Assembly: GCF_036321535.1 (NCBI RefSeq)
Contig: NC_087447.1
Span: 41,170,001 to 41,234,000 of the forward strand
Direction: 5' to 3'
Length of the DNA stretch: 64,000 nucleotides
DNA from: Camelus dromedarius
Taxonomy: Eukaryota
Below, in pieces: positions 13,365 to 25,680 of the stretch. The translations under genes and the position numbers were made by a program. A model generated the notes under the pieces. It saw only the letters and a program-made list of their open reading frames with translations. It was not told the DNA's origin and did no database searches. The first letter of the stretch is position 1, and each line of letters begins with the position of its first letter.

Positions 13365-13570
13365 GGGCAGCTAGTAGAGTGGCGAAAGCATGATTGTTGA
13401 AAGGCTTGGTTTAGTGCCCAGCACAACATCTCACTAGCTGTGTGATGTAGGCCACTCACTTAACCTCTCTGATCTGCAGTGGGAATAACTGCAAAGTGGG
13501 AGCAACACTAACAGCTGTACTTCATGAAGTTGTTTAGAGGACTCAACGAAAACTGTATGAAAATGCTCTA
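13365..13570 (+). mobile_element. MIR SINE
   Basis: cactagctgtgtgatgtaggccactcacttaacctctctg. Confidence 0.75.
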
Positions 13571-13602
13571 TATTTTCAAAAGTAATATACATGTCTCCTG
13601 AA

Positions 13603-14303
13603 GTGTTGGTGGGAATGTAAATTGGTGCAGCCATTATGGAAAACAGTATGGTTATTCCTTAAAAAACTGAAAATAGACTTACCCTCTGATCCAACAATCC
13701 CACTCCTGGGCATACATCTGGAGGAAACTAATTTGAAAAGTTACATGCACCCCAATATTCATAGAAGCACTATTTACAATAGCCAAGACATGGAAGCAAC
13801 CTAAATGCCCATTGATAGATGACTGGATAAAGAAGTTGTGTGTAGTGTATGTGTATATATAATTGAATACTACTCAGCCATAAAAAAGAATAAAATAATG
13901 CATTTGCAGCAACATGGATGGACCTGGAGATTGTCATACTAAGTAAAGTAAGTCAGAAAGAAAAAGAAAAATACCATATGATATCAATTATATGTGGAAT
14001 CTTAAAAAAAGGCATAAGTGAACTTATTTACAAAGCAAAAACAGACTCACAGACATGGAAAACAAACTTACGGTTACCAGGAGGGAAAGGAGTGGGTAGG
14101 GGGCTAAAGTGGGAGTTCAGGGTTTGCAGATACTAACCACTATATATTAAACAGATAAACAGCAAGGTCTTACTGTACAGCACAGGGAACTATATTCAGT
14201 ACCCTGTAATAGCCTATAATGAAAAAGAATATGAAAAGAATAACTGAATCACTACACTGTAAACCTGAAACTAACACATTGTAAACTATACTTCAATAAA
14301 AAA
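13603..14303 (+). mobile_element. 5'-truncated L1 (ORF2 C-terminus + 3'UTR)
   Basis: Decayed ORF2 peptides [18 protein letters not shown] and MDLEIVILSKVSQKEKEKYHM, ending tatacttcaataaaaaa. Confidence 0.95.
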
Positions 14304-14419
14304 TTAACATATAATTTTTCTTATTCTCTTCTCCATATTTTTCAATGTTTTCCAAATTATCCACAATATTAATTTTAAAGGAAAAAACAAATTATATAGA
14401 GCTTTAAAAAAGAAAAAAT

Positions 14420-15040
14420 TTTTTGAAGAAATGGTACGTTTTACCTATCAAATTGGCAAAGCTTTCATTTCTCACTCTGACAGTGAAGGGTATACGGAGA
14501 TGAGCACTGTCATGCACTGCTAGCAGGAGAACAAATTGGAACTAGCTTTCTGGAAAATTATTTGGCAACAGGTATTGAGAGGCTTAAAAATAGTTTATAC
14601 CTCTTGACCCAGTAAATCCACTTCTCAGCATCTAGGTAAAGGAAATTATTAGCTCGGCAGTTAAAAATAATAAGGCAGTCTGTAGCAGAATTTTTCTTTA
14701 ACATACCTGAAAACTAGAAACAATCTAAATGTTGCCCAGTGAGAAATGATTAAATAACTTAGGATACTCCTTATAATAAAATATCAGAAAGCCCCTAAAA
14801 GTCACCTTTTCAAAGAATCTTTAATGAACTGAGCAAATATTCATCATACATTAAAAAGTAAATCAAACAGAATATTACACTGCATAAGTCATAAAATTCC
14901 ATTTTTTAAACACAGAGGGGAGACACAAAAAGAGAAACTCACAAAAACATTAACAGCAGTCTTTCTGGATGATGAGATACAAATATTCTTTATAAATTTT
15001 TCTGCATTTTAAAATTAATTACAATGAGGTTGTTTTCTCT
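14420..15040 (+). mobile_element. Old L1ME-type relic
   Basis: ttttacctatcaaattggcaaa...ttgacccagtaaatccacttct...aactagaaacaatctaaatg. Confidence 0.75.
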
Positions 15041-15072
15041 TACCACCTGAAAATGCTGTTACAAATCAGTAA

Positions 15073-15190
15073 GTAAATATTTAAAGTTGTATGTTTTTGT
15101 TGCCATGGTAGCAACTGTTTACACTTACCTGTATCAGACCCTCTCTCGTTAGCGGTTAGAAGTTTTTGTTAACTTTGTGTGTCTAACTGG
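15073..15190. promoter_or_regulatory. RFX X-box with FOX and MYB-like motifs beside a perfect minus-strand splice donor
   Basis: GTTGCCATGGTAGC 15099-15112, GTAAATA 15073, TGTTTAC 15116, YAACNG at 15112, 15153 (rc) and 15184, CAG|GTAAGT on the minus strand at 15128. Confidence 0.35.
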
Positions 15191-15378
15191 TTTGAGTGTT
15201 TGCTGCCGCTGCTTTCCACTCCCAAATTCCCCATCTTACATTTTTGTTTTGATTCATTTTTATGTAATTTGGAAAAAATTTTGGAGTCATTTTTATAGAA
15301 AAGGCACTCAAGTGATACCTTTTCTTAGCCTTTGGAGATCAGGGAATGTTGTCGTGGATTGATGACAATGTGGCTGGG

Positions 15379-15713
15379 TGTCTTAGTTCTTCGGGCTGCT
15401 ATAATAAAATATCATAGACAGGGTGGCTGATAAACAACAGAAATTTATTTCTCACAGCTCTGGAGGTAGGAAGTCCAAGATCAAGATTCCATGTCTGGTG
15501 AGGGCTCACTTCCTTGTTCATACACCCTCACATGGTAGAAGGTGGGAGGGAGCTCTCTGGGATCTCCTTATAAGGGCACAAATCTCATTCTTGAGGGCTC
15601 CACTCTCAGGACCTAAGTACCTTCCAAAGGTCCCACCTCCAAATACCACCACACTGAGGATTAGGTTTCAATATATGAATTGGGGGTGGAGGACACACAT
15701 GCAGTTTATAGCA
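15379..15713 (-). mobile_element. MLT1A-type solo LTR
   Basis: tgtcttagt...gctgctataataaaatatcataga...aaacaacagaaatttatttctcacagctctggagg...atagca. Confidence 0.92.
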
Positions 15714-16144
15714 TTAGGTAGGAGTTCTCTATTTGTGTAGGCATTCTACCACTGACTTCTCAAAGTTATTGTTTCAGAGAAGAAATCTAACGTTAGTCAG
15801 ATTTCTCTAAAAGTATCCCTAGTTCTTCAGCTTATTTGCTTCTGGGACTCCTACATCCTTGAAACTAAATTATTTTTACAACTGTTACTGACTCAGAAAC
15901 ACAGGTGTCGGGAATCAAAGCAACAGCCAAAGTCCAGCTCAAGTGAGTAAGCTTTCATTGAAGGGTTCTGCACCGTGCAGTCATCTACATTCCATTCAGA
16001 GTTCAGACTCACCTCTTCTTGCCGAAACAGCCTCCATCCTACCGTTCCACTTACCCTCCTCCTACCCAACTCCTAGCAGAATCAAGGTTCAAAAACTGAT
16101 GTGTGTCTTCACACTTTACTATCACACCTTCATGCAGTTACACA

Positions 16145-16147
<3 letters not shown>

Positions 16148-16176
<29 letters not shown>
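16148..16176. repeat. (CA)n microsatellite
   Basis: Uninterrupted CA run. Confidence 0.95.
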
Positions 16177-16180
<4 letters not shown>

Positions 16181-16239
16181 TTGGGGATGTCAGCATTATT
16201 TTCCACACACAAAGAAAATGTGATTTTACAACATACCCG

Positions 16240-17145
16240 TCTCTACATCATGCTTTTCTCACCTATCTGAATCTCTCTAGGTCAACTGGCATAGAGAGAA
16301 CTCACTTTTTTCTAGGCTGCATAATGATTCAGTTATGAGTATGTTACAATTCGGTCAACAATCCCTAGACTGATGGATATTTAGGTTATTCTTATTTGTA
16401 GCTTTGTTTTATCGTTGTTTCTTACCACAACAAGAATGCTGCAATAAACACACTTGTAGACACAATCTTATTTCTTGGGCTTCTCATTTCTACAGGATAG
16501 GTCTCCAGAAATGAAATTGTTGCATCATGAGCATGTTTTTTTTCCCCTTCTGTAAGTGCTTTTAACAATTCACAGTTCTACCAGTAATGTAAGAGTACCC
16601 TTTACCCAGCAAAAAAACTCTGCTAAATATTCCCTCTGTTTTTTTCCCAGCATGGTGCTTGAGAGGTATTATCTCATTGTCCCTTCGATTTGCATTTCCC
16701 TAACATCTTTCACATTGTATTTAGATTTCTTCTTGGATGAATTATCTATTTATATCCTTTGCCTATTTTCCAACTGGTATATTTATCAGTTTGTAGAGGT
16801 ATTTAAATATTTTAAACATTAATCCTTTATCTGTTTTATATGCTGCAGCTTTTTCCCAGTCTATCAGTCGTCTTTTGTCTTCCTTAATGAAATATTTCCC
16901 CACATAATTTTCTAAAGTTTATGCAAGTAAATATGAATTTTTTTTCATTATAGCATCTGCATTTATTGTCTTGGTTTAAAGATCTCCCAAGCCACCATTT
17001 TATAAGGATGTTGTCCTAAATTTTGTTCTTGTATTGTCTTGTCCATCTTTTACATTTAAATGCTGAATCCATCTGGAATTGATTTTAGTATGTGGAAGGA
17101 GTTAAAGTTCTCTTCATTTTCTTCTGGATGGGTAGGGTCAGTTGA
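16240..17145 (-). mobile_element. Old L1M relic
   Basis: ctgatggatatttaggttatt...atgctgcaataaacac...atctcattg...tttgcatttccct...atccatctggaattgattttagtatg. Confidence 0.75.
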
Positions 17146-17148
17146 ACC

Positions 17149-17300
17149 AGGGCTGGCTTCAAAAGTGTGTTACATGTATAGTCACATAGGGCCTCACACT
17201 CATGACCCTGTGTGCCTAGTTTAATACTCTGTCCTAGCCATCTTGAAATTCTTGATAATTTGATCTTTCAGCTTGTGTTTTATAAGTGAATTCCAGTGGG
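17149..17300 (+). mobile_element. MER45-like hAT-Tip100 fragment
   Basis: cagggctggcttc...agggcctcacactc...tttaatactctgt...ccatcttgaaattcttgataattt. Confidence 0.65.
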
Positions 17301-17409
17301 GCACTGAGCAGGAGGTGTGGATCCCCAAGAGAGGGCACCCCTGCTCCACCCTCCCCCACTGATCTTCCTCATACCCCATCTGTTGGTGAAAGGCATGATC
17401 GTCAGAGAA

Positions 17410-17600
17410 CAAGTTCTGGGCTCAGCACTCACCAATAACGCTGGGCAAATTTTATAACCAAACTAAGTTGCTTCATCTTCATCTGTAAAATGGGAAAATA
17501 ATAGTACCTGCTTCCTAGGTTGTTGTGAGGAATAAGTGAGATAATGCACGTAAGTAGGATAAGTGGCAAGCACAGTCCATGACACACAATAAGCACTAAA
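17410..17600 (+). mobile_element. MIR SINE followed by (TA)n
   Basis: cttcatctgtaaaatgggaaaataatagtacct...gttgttgtgaggaataagtgagataatgca. Confidence 0.9.
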
Positions 17601-17612
17601 TATATATAAATT

Positions 17613-17646
<34 letters not shown>

Positions 17647-18364
17647 GGCGTGGGTATACACCTCACATAAAAATGAGCTTGTGAGTGAAGTGAGCAATGT
17701 CTGCAGGACAGAACCCAGTAAGTCTTAAAACCCTCAGTCTGGCAGATTCCACACACCTATGGCACTTGAAGCCCCCAAAGACGTTGCGTCAAGTCTAGAA
17801 ACCAGACAGTCAGCAAACAGAAGGCCTCTTTTTCCCAAATCAAAGGAGGCTGCTCATCTCATTACCAGAAGTTCTGGAAAATGTGCCCTCTTGCTGCCCA
17901 GCTCACTTGGCCCCAACTAATTAATGGTCTGGCTGCTGCCCTGCCTCCTTCTTGGGTGGTTGGAGGCGGGGCATGTCTCAGGGAGGCCTCTGCTTGCACC
18001 CCCTCCACCACCCACTCCTCCCACTGGAAACAGGAGATGCTGAAGGATGTGCATCCCCCCTGCAGAGCCCAGACAGCTCAGAGGCCCCGCCCCGCCTAAC
18101 TGTGGCCTGAGGGAAGAGCACATGCTGGAACAGAGCAAACCCTTGTGACTGTCCCATTAAACTCGAAGCCTCCCAACTGGCTCCCTGGGGGACAATTTTT
18201 CTGGGTTAACTGGGGCCAGAGAGCGGAGCAGCAGGGAGAGGTTAAGGGCCTTGTCTTCTTAAATGAAGATGCTTAACTAAAACCTTTGCCTTTTCCATCA
18301 GCCTGTCCCGGCTTTCCACACCGGCTGGGATCTTTTCCCATGTTCTACGTGCGTTGGTCCAGAT

Positions 18365-18540
18365 CAGTGGTTTCCAGAACATCAGAATAACTTGGGGAGC
18401 TTGGACAAAACGAAATGCTTTTGTTCCGCCCAGGACTAACGGAACCGCCACCTCCGGGGGATGGAACTCAGGGAATCTGTGCTTTTTAGAAGCTCATGAG
18501 GTGATTCCAACGCACAGTGAGGGTTACAATCAACTGTTCT
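18365..18540. mobile_element. MER5-like hAT-Charlie MITE
   Basis: cagtggtttcc...catcagaataacttggggagctt...gggaatctgtgcttttta. Confidence 0.65.
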
Positions 18541-18949
18541 AGACATTTGTTCATAGGTTTGCTGGGTCTTTCTGAAGGAAAGGAGCTGCTAAGTCGCAGA
18601 CTGTCCCCACTCTTGGCCCTGCGTTCACGCACGCACACACTCGTGCACGCGCGCACCCAGTACAGGGAGCATAGGGAGGTACAGCTGAGCCAGGAGTTCA
18701 AGCCCCTCTTCCCAACCCCGCCCCACCCAGGTGAGTTTCGTCATGAGAACAAGAACTACCAGCTGTTCCGGTCCTTACTCTTTACTCAGCTCTCTTCAGA
18801 GAGACGAGTGCCTTTGATCTTCTCAGCTGCCTGTGAAGTCCTGATTACTATTCCCAGAAAACGTGAAAAGAGGCTCGTGAGGCTTGTGGTTGTCACAATG
18901 ATGACACCGCCAAAGACGTCCTCATCTTAATCCCTAGAGTCTGGTGGTT

Positions 18950-19415
18950 TTGAAAATTCATATAAACCTTTTGAAAAACGTTTGCCATAAAAAGGCTTTG
19001 ATTAAATAATTCCATATCTGGGAGTCTATTCCAGGAGAAAAAATTTATAAGCACAAACATTAAAATCCTAATGAGCCAGAATATTTTTGTCACAGAGCTA
19101 TTTATTTTAAGCAATTAAAACAAATTTCCAAAAATAAGAAAAGGTTCAAGTATGGTATATATCCACTCAGTGGATCATGTAATCAATAAAAATGTTTGCT
19201 CAATGTACTAATGTGGAAAATAGATTATGATATAATAATATCTAGTGAAAAACCAGGATTTCAAATTGTATAGATAGCATGATTATAACTATGTAAAAAC
19301 TTCCTTTAAAAAAGATGGACGCGCATTCATTATGTTTATCTTTCCGTAGTTGAATCATGAGTTGTATTTTTCTTCTATTTATCTGAACTGTATTTTATTA
19401 ATGCTTTATTAATGA
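18950..19415 (+). mobile_element. Old L1ME-type 3' relic (copy 1 of local duplication)
   Basis: taataattccatatctgggagtctattcc...tatggtatatccactcagtgg...gcatgattataactatgtaaaa. Confidence 0.7.
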
Positions 19416-19900
19416 TATTATGGTGGGCTGAACAGTATAAATGAATATTACGGTAGACCCCCCCCAAAAGATGTGCATGCCCTAATCCCCAGAATCTATG
19501 AATATGTTCTTACCTGGTAAGAGGGACTTTGTGTGTGTGATTAAGGTAGGATCTAGATGTGGCATGTATTGTGGGTTATCCAGGTGAGCCCAGTGTAATC
19601 AGAAGTGTCCTTAAAAGAAAGAGGCAGGATCATCAGAGTCAGAAAAGGAGACGTGGTGGTGGAAGCAGGGATCAGAGCGATGTGCCTGGGAGCCAAGGAT
19701 GCAAGCAGTCTCTAAAAGCTGGAAAAGGCAAGAAGTAGATGCTCCCCTAGCGCCTCCAGAAGGTACACAGCCTTTGATTTTAGCCCTGTAAGACCCATTT
19801 CAGACTTCTAACCTCCAAAATTATAAAATAATAAGCTTGTATTGGTTTAAGCCATGGGGTTTGTAGAAATTTGTTACAGCAGTAACAGGAAACTGATTCA
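19416..19900 (+). mobile_element. MLT1C/D-like solo LTR
   Basis: cccaaaagatgtgcatgccctaatccccagaa...aagctggaaaaggcaag...ttgttacagcagtaacaggaaactgattca. Confidence 0.9.
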
Positions 19901-20704
19901 AGACTGAAAGAGTTAAAAAAAAAAAAAAACCCAAAGTTACACAGCTAGTCCCTGGAGGAGCTGAGACCAGAGCTCATTCTCCTCCTGCTCGAACATTCCA
20001 GGGGTCCCCAGAAGCCAAGAGCACCATACCAGGGGAGAAGGGACAGCTGCGCTGTGTGCGTGCACCCCTCCAGGGCGTGGACTGGTTGGTTATACCTCTG
20101 TCAGTCCTTGCTATTGGGTTGCCTCCCTTCCTCCACAGCCCGCATCCTAGGGATCGCGGGGTACTGTATAGGGAAAAATAGAGGGACCAACTTGAATATA
20201 AGACCATTTTCCTTTGGGATCCTCTGCTCCCCAGCCACCAATATCTTTACAGTAAATGACTATCCATAGCAACAAGGTCTGAATTCTAAAACAGATGAAA
20301 AGCTGACAATAAATATCTAAAAGCAGAGTGTGAGTTTTACCACTTTTAAAACTGCCTGCAATTGCTAAAAGGACTGAATTTCTCTTTTTAAAGAGAAACA
20401 TTAGTCATGGAATTGTAGCATTTTAGGGCTGCGAACTTTGAGTGCCTACTGCTTGGTGTTATTTATATATTTGGGTGCCCTACCATATTTCAGAAAGGTT
20501 TAACACACTCGTACTGCAAATGCCTTTCTAAGCAGCGCTGTGTTGTGGATCGGAGGTGGAAACTGTAGATGTGCAGGGAAGAGTCCTTGCCTGGGAGAGA
20601 GAAACTCAGGACTCCAATTCCTAGCTCTGCTGCCAATTTGAGTATGATCTGAGTTCACTTCATTTCCTCCATGATGCTATAGTGGGAGGCACTACAGAGG
20701 AGAG

Positions 20705-21020
20705 ACTGAGTCAGAGATCTCGGCTGCAAGCAACAGAAAGGACTCTGGCTAAATTAAGCAGAAGGGAATTTACTGCTCCTATTGAAGGATCAGAATCAAG
20801 GCAAGCTGGAATACCTGGCTTGAACTAGACCTGCTATGAACCTAAGGTAGCTAAGCCACCAAAACCCAAGCAACACTCCATACAGTGGCCCAGTCAGCAG
20901 GAGGCTGCTGTTGCCCCTAACAACCTCCCACCAATCCAGCTTATCCTTGCAACATTTGCTCCAGACTCTATGAAAATAATCAATCCCATTGGCTGAGCAA
21001 AGATTATGGCACATCCCACC
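20705..21020 (-). mobile_element. MLT1 (J/K-like) relic
   Basis: gctgcaagcaacagaaaggactctggctaaattaagcagaagggaattta. Confidence 0.7.
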
Positions 21021-21118
21021 TAACCCCCACCCCTCACCTGCTACCCACCCCCCAACGTGGGCACCCAGTGGAAGAACTTAAGCTCTTTGGCTTTTGGCTT
21101 TTAAAATGGGAGAGTACA

Positions 21119-21713
21119 CCCAAATGTTCATAGCAGCACTATTTACAATAGCCAAGACATGGAAACAGCCTAAATTTCCATCAACGGATGACTGGATAAA
21201 GAAGAGGTGGTATATTTATACAATGGAATACTACTCAGCCATAAAAACCGACAACATAACGCCATTTGCAGCAACATTGCTGCTCCTGGAGAATGTCATT
21301 CTAAGTGAAGTAAGCCAGAAAGAGAAAGAAAAATACCATATGAGATCGCTCATATGTGGAATCTAAAAACAAAAACAAAAACAAACAAAGCATAAATACA
21401 AAACAGAAACAGAATCATAGACATAGAATACAAACTTGTGGTTGCCAAGGGGGTGGAGGGTGGGAAGGGGTAGATGGGATTTCAAAATTGTAGAATAGAT
21501 AAACAAGATTATACTGTATAGCACAGGGAAATATACACAAGATCTTATGGTAGCTCACAGAGAAAAAAATGTGATAATGAATATATATATGTTCATGTAT
21601 AACTGAAAAATTGTGCTCTACGCTGGAATTTGACACAACATTGTAAAATGATTATAAATCAATTAAAAAAGTTTAAATAAATAAATAAATAAATAGATAG
21701 ATAGATAGATAAA
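21119..21713 (+). mobile_element. Young 5'-truncated L1 with 17-bp TSD
   Basis: Open ORF2 C-terminus MFIAALFTIAKTWKQPK...YSAIK, tail (AAAT)n(AGAT)n, TSD taaaatgg(g/a)agagtaca at 21102-21118 and 21714-21730. Confidence 0.97.
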
Positions 21714-21763
21714 TAAAATGGAAGAGTACAAGGGCAGACCATGTGAGGAAAGTAACACATTTA

Positions 21764-21950
21764 CAGTGCTGGTTCTCAAAGTGTGGTCTGGGGACCAGAA
21801 GCATGAGGGGCATCTGAGAACTTTTTAGAAACAGACGTTTTCAGGCTCCACCCCAGGTCTACTGAATCTGAAACTCTGGGGTGGGGCTCAGCAATCTGTT
21901 TCTACAAGCCCTCCAAGCAATCTTGATACACACCAGTTTGAGAACCACTG
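21764..21950. mobile_element. MER5A MITE
   Basis: ggttctcaaagtgtggtc...tactgaatctgaaactctggggtgggg...tttgagaaccactg terminal inverted repeats. Confidence 0.92.
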
Positions 21951-22894
21951 ACCTACAAGAGATCCAAATACTACGTAAAAGGTTGAATGTTGGTCATCGT
22001 ACCAAAAAATAACAATTGCTCAGTATGTAGGTTAAAAGCTAGAGTGTGGACCCGGATTGGCAAGGAAACTAAAGTAACATATTGGGGCAAAGGGCCACTT
22101 TAGCCTTTCTTCTTACTGATGTGTGACGTGGTGTGCTTGCAAACACAGCTTCAAAACAGATCCCCCACCCCTCTCTCCCACTGCATTCCTTCCCCTGTGC
22201 CCACCAACAAGAACTCTGGGCCCTCCTGTTCTTCAGCCCCTACTCCAGCCTCCTTCCTGCCCTCCCTCAAATTATTCGACCCAGGAAGTGGCCCTCCTCT
22301 CTGCAAATCTAAAACCTTCCTGTTCCCTTCCTTCAGACAATCCTAATGAAATTTCAATGTCAGAACTGTACATTGGGACTCTTGGAAGCAAACAAACCAC
22401 CATCCTCTGGCATTCTGTCCCCTCTGCCCTTCAGGCCATAGTGCCCCCCTAGCTCCAGCAGCTAGAAGCTGGCTTTAGGGTCCTCTCAGCCAGGCAGAGA
22501 CGGGAAGTCCGCGGTCTGGAAGGTTTAGACTGAGCTGGAGGGACACCATGTGGCCATACTCAGTATGACACATCAAGCCAGGAGGCTTCTGTTCTGTATA
22601 TGGTGTTTCGGAAGGACTATAAAACGATGACGCTAAGGATATTCTTTTGAGAATAAAAAAAGATCGATCGAAGTTCACCCACAGTCATGCTAACAAGATG
22701 ATTTTTGTTTGTTCCTACTCTTAAGATATGTTCTGACGATTACAACCACAGCACCCACTCCATGAAGCATCTCTTTATTTTCCATAGATCTGATCATCAG
22801 CGCTTTCCATGCTCATTCGAGGATTTTTCAGTCGTTCTCTTAAGTGACAGTCAATGTTAGTGCGACAAAATGGAATGAAAAGGCACTAAGTCGT

Positions 22895-23140
22895 CTGGTA
22901 GGCATGTGGTGAAGCGCCCCATGTCACAGTGACACAGGCAGAGGTTCAAAACCCGGCTCTGCTGCTTACTGTGTGATCTCAGGCATGTTTCCTAACCCTC
23001 TGTATCTCAATTTCCTCATCTCTGAAATGGGAGGGGTAGAGAATATTACCTACTGTATAGGGTTGTTATGAAAACGAAATAACAATGTGTGAGGAACACT
23101 TAACACGGGACCTGGCCACAGACTTGACATCAGCATCATT
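22895..23140 (+). mobile_element. MIR SINE
   Basis: ggttcaaaacccggctctgctgcttactgtgtga...tttcctcatctctgaaatggg. Confidence 0.9.
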
Positions 23141-23839
23141 ATCATTTTTAAATGTATCCCCATGGGAACCATCACAACTGAAATCAGCTGAAGACCTCTC
23201 TTGGCTGGGAGCCCTGAAATGGCAAGACCATGAGTTGACTCATAGCTGGAAAACCATAAAATACGGCAGCCTAGACTTTAGAGACTAGAACCTTGGAGCA
23301 GGCAAATGGGATTCTGGGCTAGGTCCCGGGTCCTCACTCCTCAGCTTCACTACCAAGCTGCATGTTCCTCGTCCTTCCCGCTTCTCCCAGTTGCTGCAGG
23401 CCCCAGGCGCCTCACCTACAAAGAAAAGAGGAGTTTACCTACCACGGCCTTGATCTAAAACACAATGTGCTCAGAAATGTAGAAACAAGCTTAGGAATCT
23501 CTCCAGGACACATTACCCTCATGAGGTCCTGGAGATTCATTTGAGGACAGCTTGACTTATAACTGCATAAAATCTGCCATGTTCTCCTGCCTAGAAATTT
23601 CTCGCTACAGGAAATCTTGCTGCCAAGTGAGCCCCACTGAACAAAAGGAAACAGAAGGAAGAAAAACCCAGAGACCCTCTAGAAGAGGGTGTCAGGGGAT
23701 TCCCTCTCGCCAGCATCCTCCAGGGCCAGAAAGCCATTTGGTGAACAAGTCTCCATGAGATCCCTACTGTGCATCAGGCCAGGGGCTAGAAGATAACTTC
23801 AATCCTGCCTCTCTCCTCAAGGACTCACTGTTTTGTAGG

Positions 23840-24110
23840 GCACAGGCAGCGGGGGAGACACAGACACATACGGCAACAATTCTGATAGTCTTCATAAGTC
23901 CTAGAATCCAGGAATGTTCAAGGTGCAGTGGGAAGAGAAGTGAGCCATTAATTCTGCCCTGAACAATCAGGGAGGGCTTCACAGAGGAGATGTCTTTTAA
24001 AGGTGGATGAGGTTACAGGCGGTAAGACTAAAGCAGGGCTGGATCCATTAGAAAGCTGTTTATTATACTGCACACAAAAAGGCCTGCACTAGGACAGGGC
24101 CTTGAGCTAG
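23840..24110 (-). mobile_element. L2 relic
   Basis: aatcagggagggcttcacagaggagatg. Confidence 0.6.
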
Positions 24111-24459
24111 TGTGGAGGGAAGAGGTGCGTCAGAACTGCCTGAGGGAGCAAGTTAAAATACAGATTCCCAAGCCCTGCCCGAAGACCCAGATCTAGTAAG
24201 TTTGAGGAGGGGCCCAAGAATCTGATTATTTAGCAAGCCCCACCCCCAGGGTGATGCTCTAGCAGGTAATCCACATTCCCACCACTCTCCTTAACCCCAC
24301 AACCATCCTAGTCCCCCTCTTTCTCAGGGCCTCTGTGGCCGCTGCCTGGGAGCTTCCTCCCATTCTGCTCCCTTGGCAAATGCCTGCTTCTCCTTTAAGA
24401 CGCAGCAGCTCAAACACTGATAGGTAAACCCTTTCAGATTGCTCTGTCCAGGCACCAAA

Positions 24460-24750
24460 TTAGTCATTTATATAGATGGTTTCATTTAATCCTCAAAACA
24501 ACCCTAAAGAGCAGGTCTCCTAATAAACCCCACTTTCCAGATGAGGAAATTGAGGCACGGAGAAGTTAAATAAATGCCCCCCCCTCGCCCCCAACCCTGG
24601 TTGTGCGGCTGGGATGTGTGTTTGGTCTGTATCCTCCACTTACAATGAGTGGCTGAGGCCATGTCTCTGTGGCCCTGGAGCCTGGGGCAGTGCTCAGCAC
24701 ATTGCAGTTGCTTAGTAAATATTTGCCGAATAAATAAAAGAATAAACAAA
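24460..24750. mobile_element. MIR (minus) followed by L2 3' end (plus)
   Basis: ccactttccagatgaggaaattgaggcac, and gcttagtaaatatttgccgaataaata. Confidence 0.75.
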
Positions 24751-24939
24751 CACTACCTCCTTCCATCTGTGACCTTCAGCCTCTGCCCTCCCCACTCCCA
24801 CATCCTCTGCTCCAGGCCTGCCACCTCCAGGAAGTACTCAGCAGCCCCTGAGCACAGCCTGCCCAGTTGTTGACTAAGTAACCAGAGGACCAAGGAATGT
24901 GCTTCCCCTCTTTGCTGAGCCTTTTTATTCGGTGTTGTG

Positions 24940-25680
24940 GGAGAAGGAACTCTCTCTTTCTCTCAACTGCCAGACTGGCCTCAGTCTCCTCCTCCCTGGG
25001 CTGCGGCCAAGCCTCTCCCACTTGGCCTCTCCCACGCAACGGCCTCCCCTCCCTCTCTTCCTCTCCCTCTGGCTCTGGCTCCTCACCCCACCTGCCTTTT
25101 CTGCTCCCCTCCCTGCATTCTTCCCCCTTCCCTTCCCCCTGGTCTCCCTCTCATTTCGGCTTGGTTTCCCCCCATTTTCCTTCTCTCCCCTCCCTCATCT
25201 CCTTCCTCCTCTCTCCCCATCTGACTCCTCCCTCCCTCCCCCTCTCTCTCCTTCTCAGTCTCTGTTTGTGTGTCTCTCTTTGTGTCTGTCTCTCTCTCTG
25301 CTTCCCTCTCTGTCTTTCTGTTTCTCTCTCTCCTCTCTTCCCCCCTCTTTCCCGTCCTCCTCTTCTCCCCTCCCTTCAGGGCCCTGCCTCTCTCCCCTCC
25401 CAAGTCCAGCACCATTTCCTCTCTGGCCTCTCCCACACTCCCCGAAGGAGGTCAGCCGGCTGCGCGGGCTCCCTCCTCTCGGCAGAGCCTCCAGGCCTGG
25501 GGGCCTCCGGGCCCTCCCTGAAGCCTCTCCGCTGGCACTCCTCAGGCCCCCTTTTCCTCTGAGTCCTCATTAGGGCCTTCTCCCCTGAGACCCTCCCCCA
25601 CTTCCTCCTGAGGGCCACCTCCCCAGCCTGCTGGGGACTGTCCTCCCCAAGCCGCCCCAGCTCTGCCTCCCCAGCTCCCT
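24940..25680 (+). repeat. Long pyrimidine-rich (CT) low-complexity tract
   Basis: About 700 bp of strongly C/T-biased plus strand with a (TC)/(TG) core near 25240-25340. Confidence 0.9.

Noticed and set aside
3542..22752. Exact 15-mer gattacaaccacagc at 3542 and 22738
   Set aside because: One or two 15-bp matches are expected by chance in 64 kb, and the flanks do not align.
24897..25573. 221- and 224-aa ORFs
   Set aside because: They are stop-free only because of the C/T low-complexity tract, and overlapping frames are open together.
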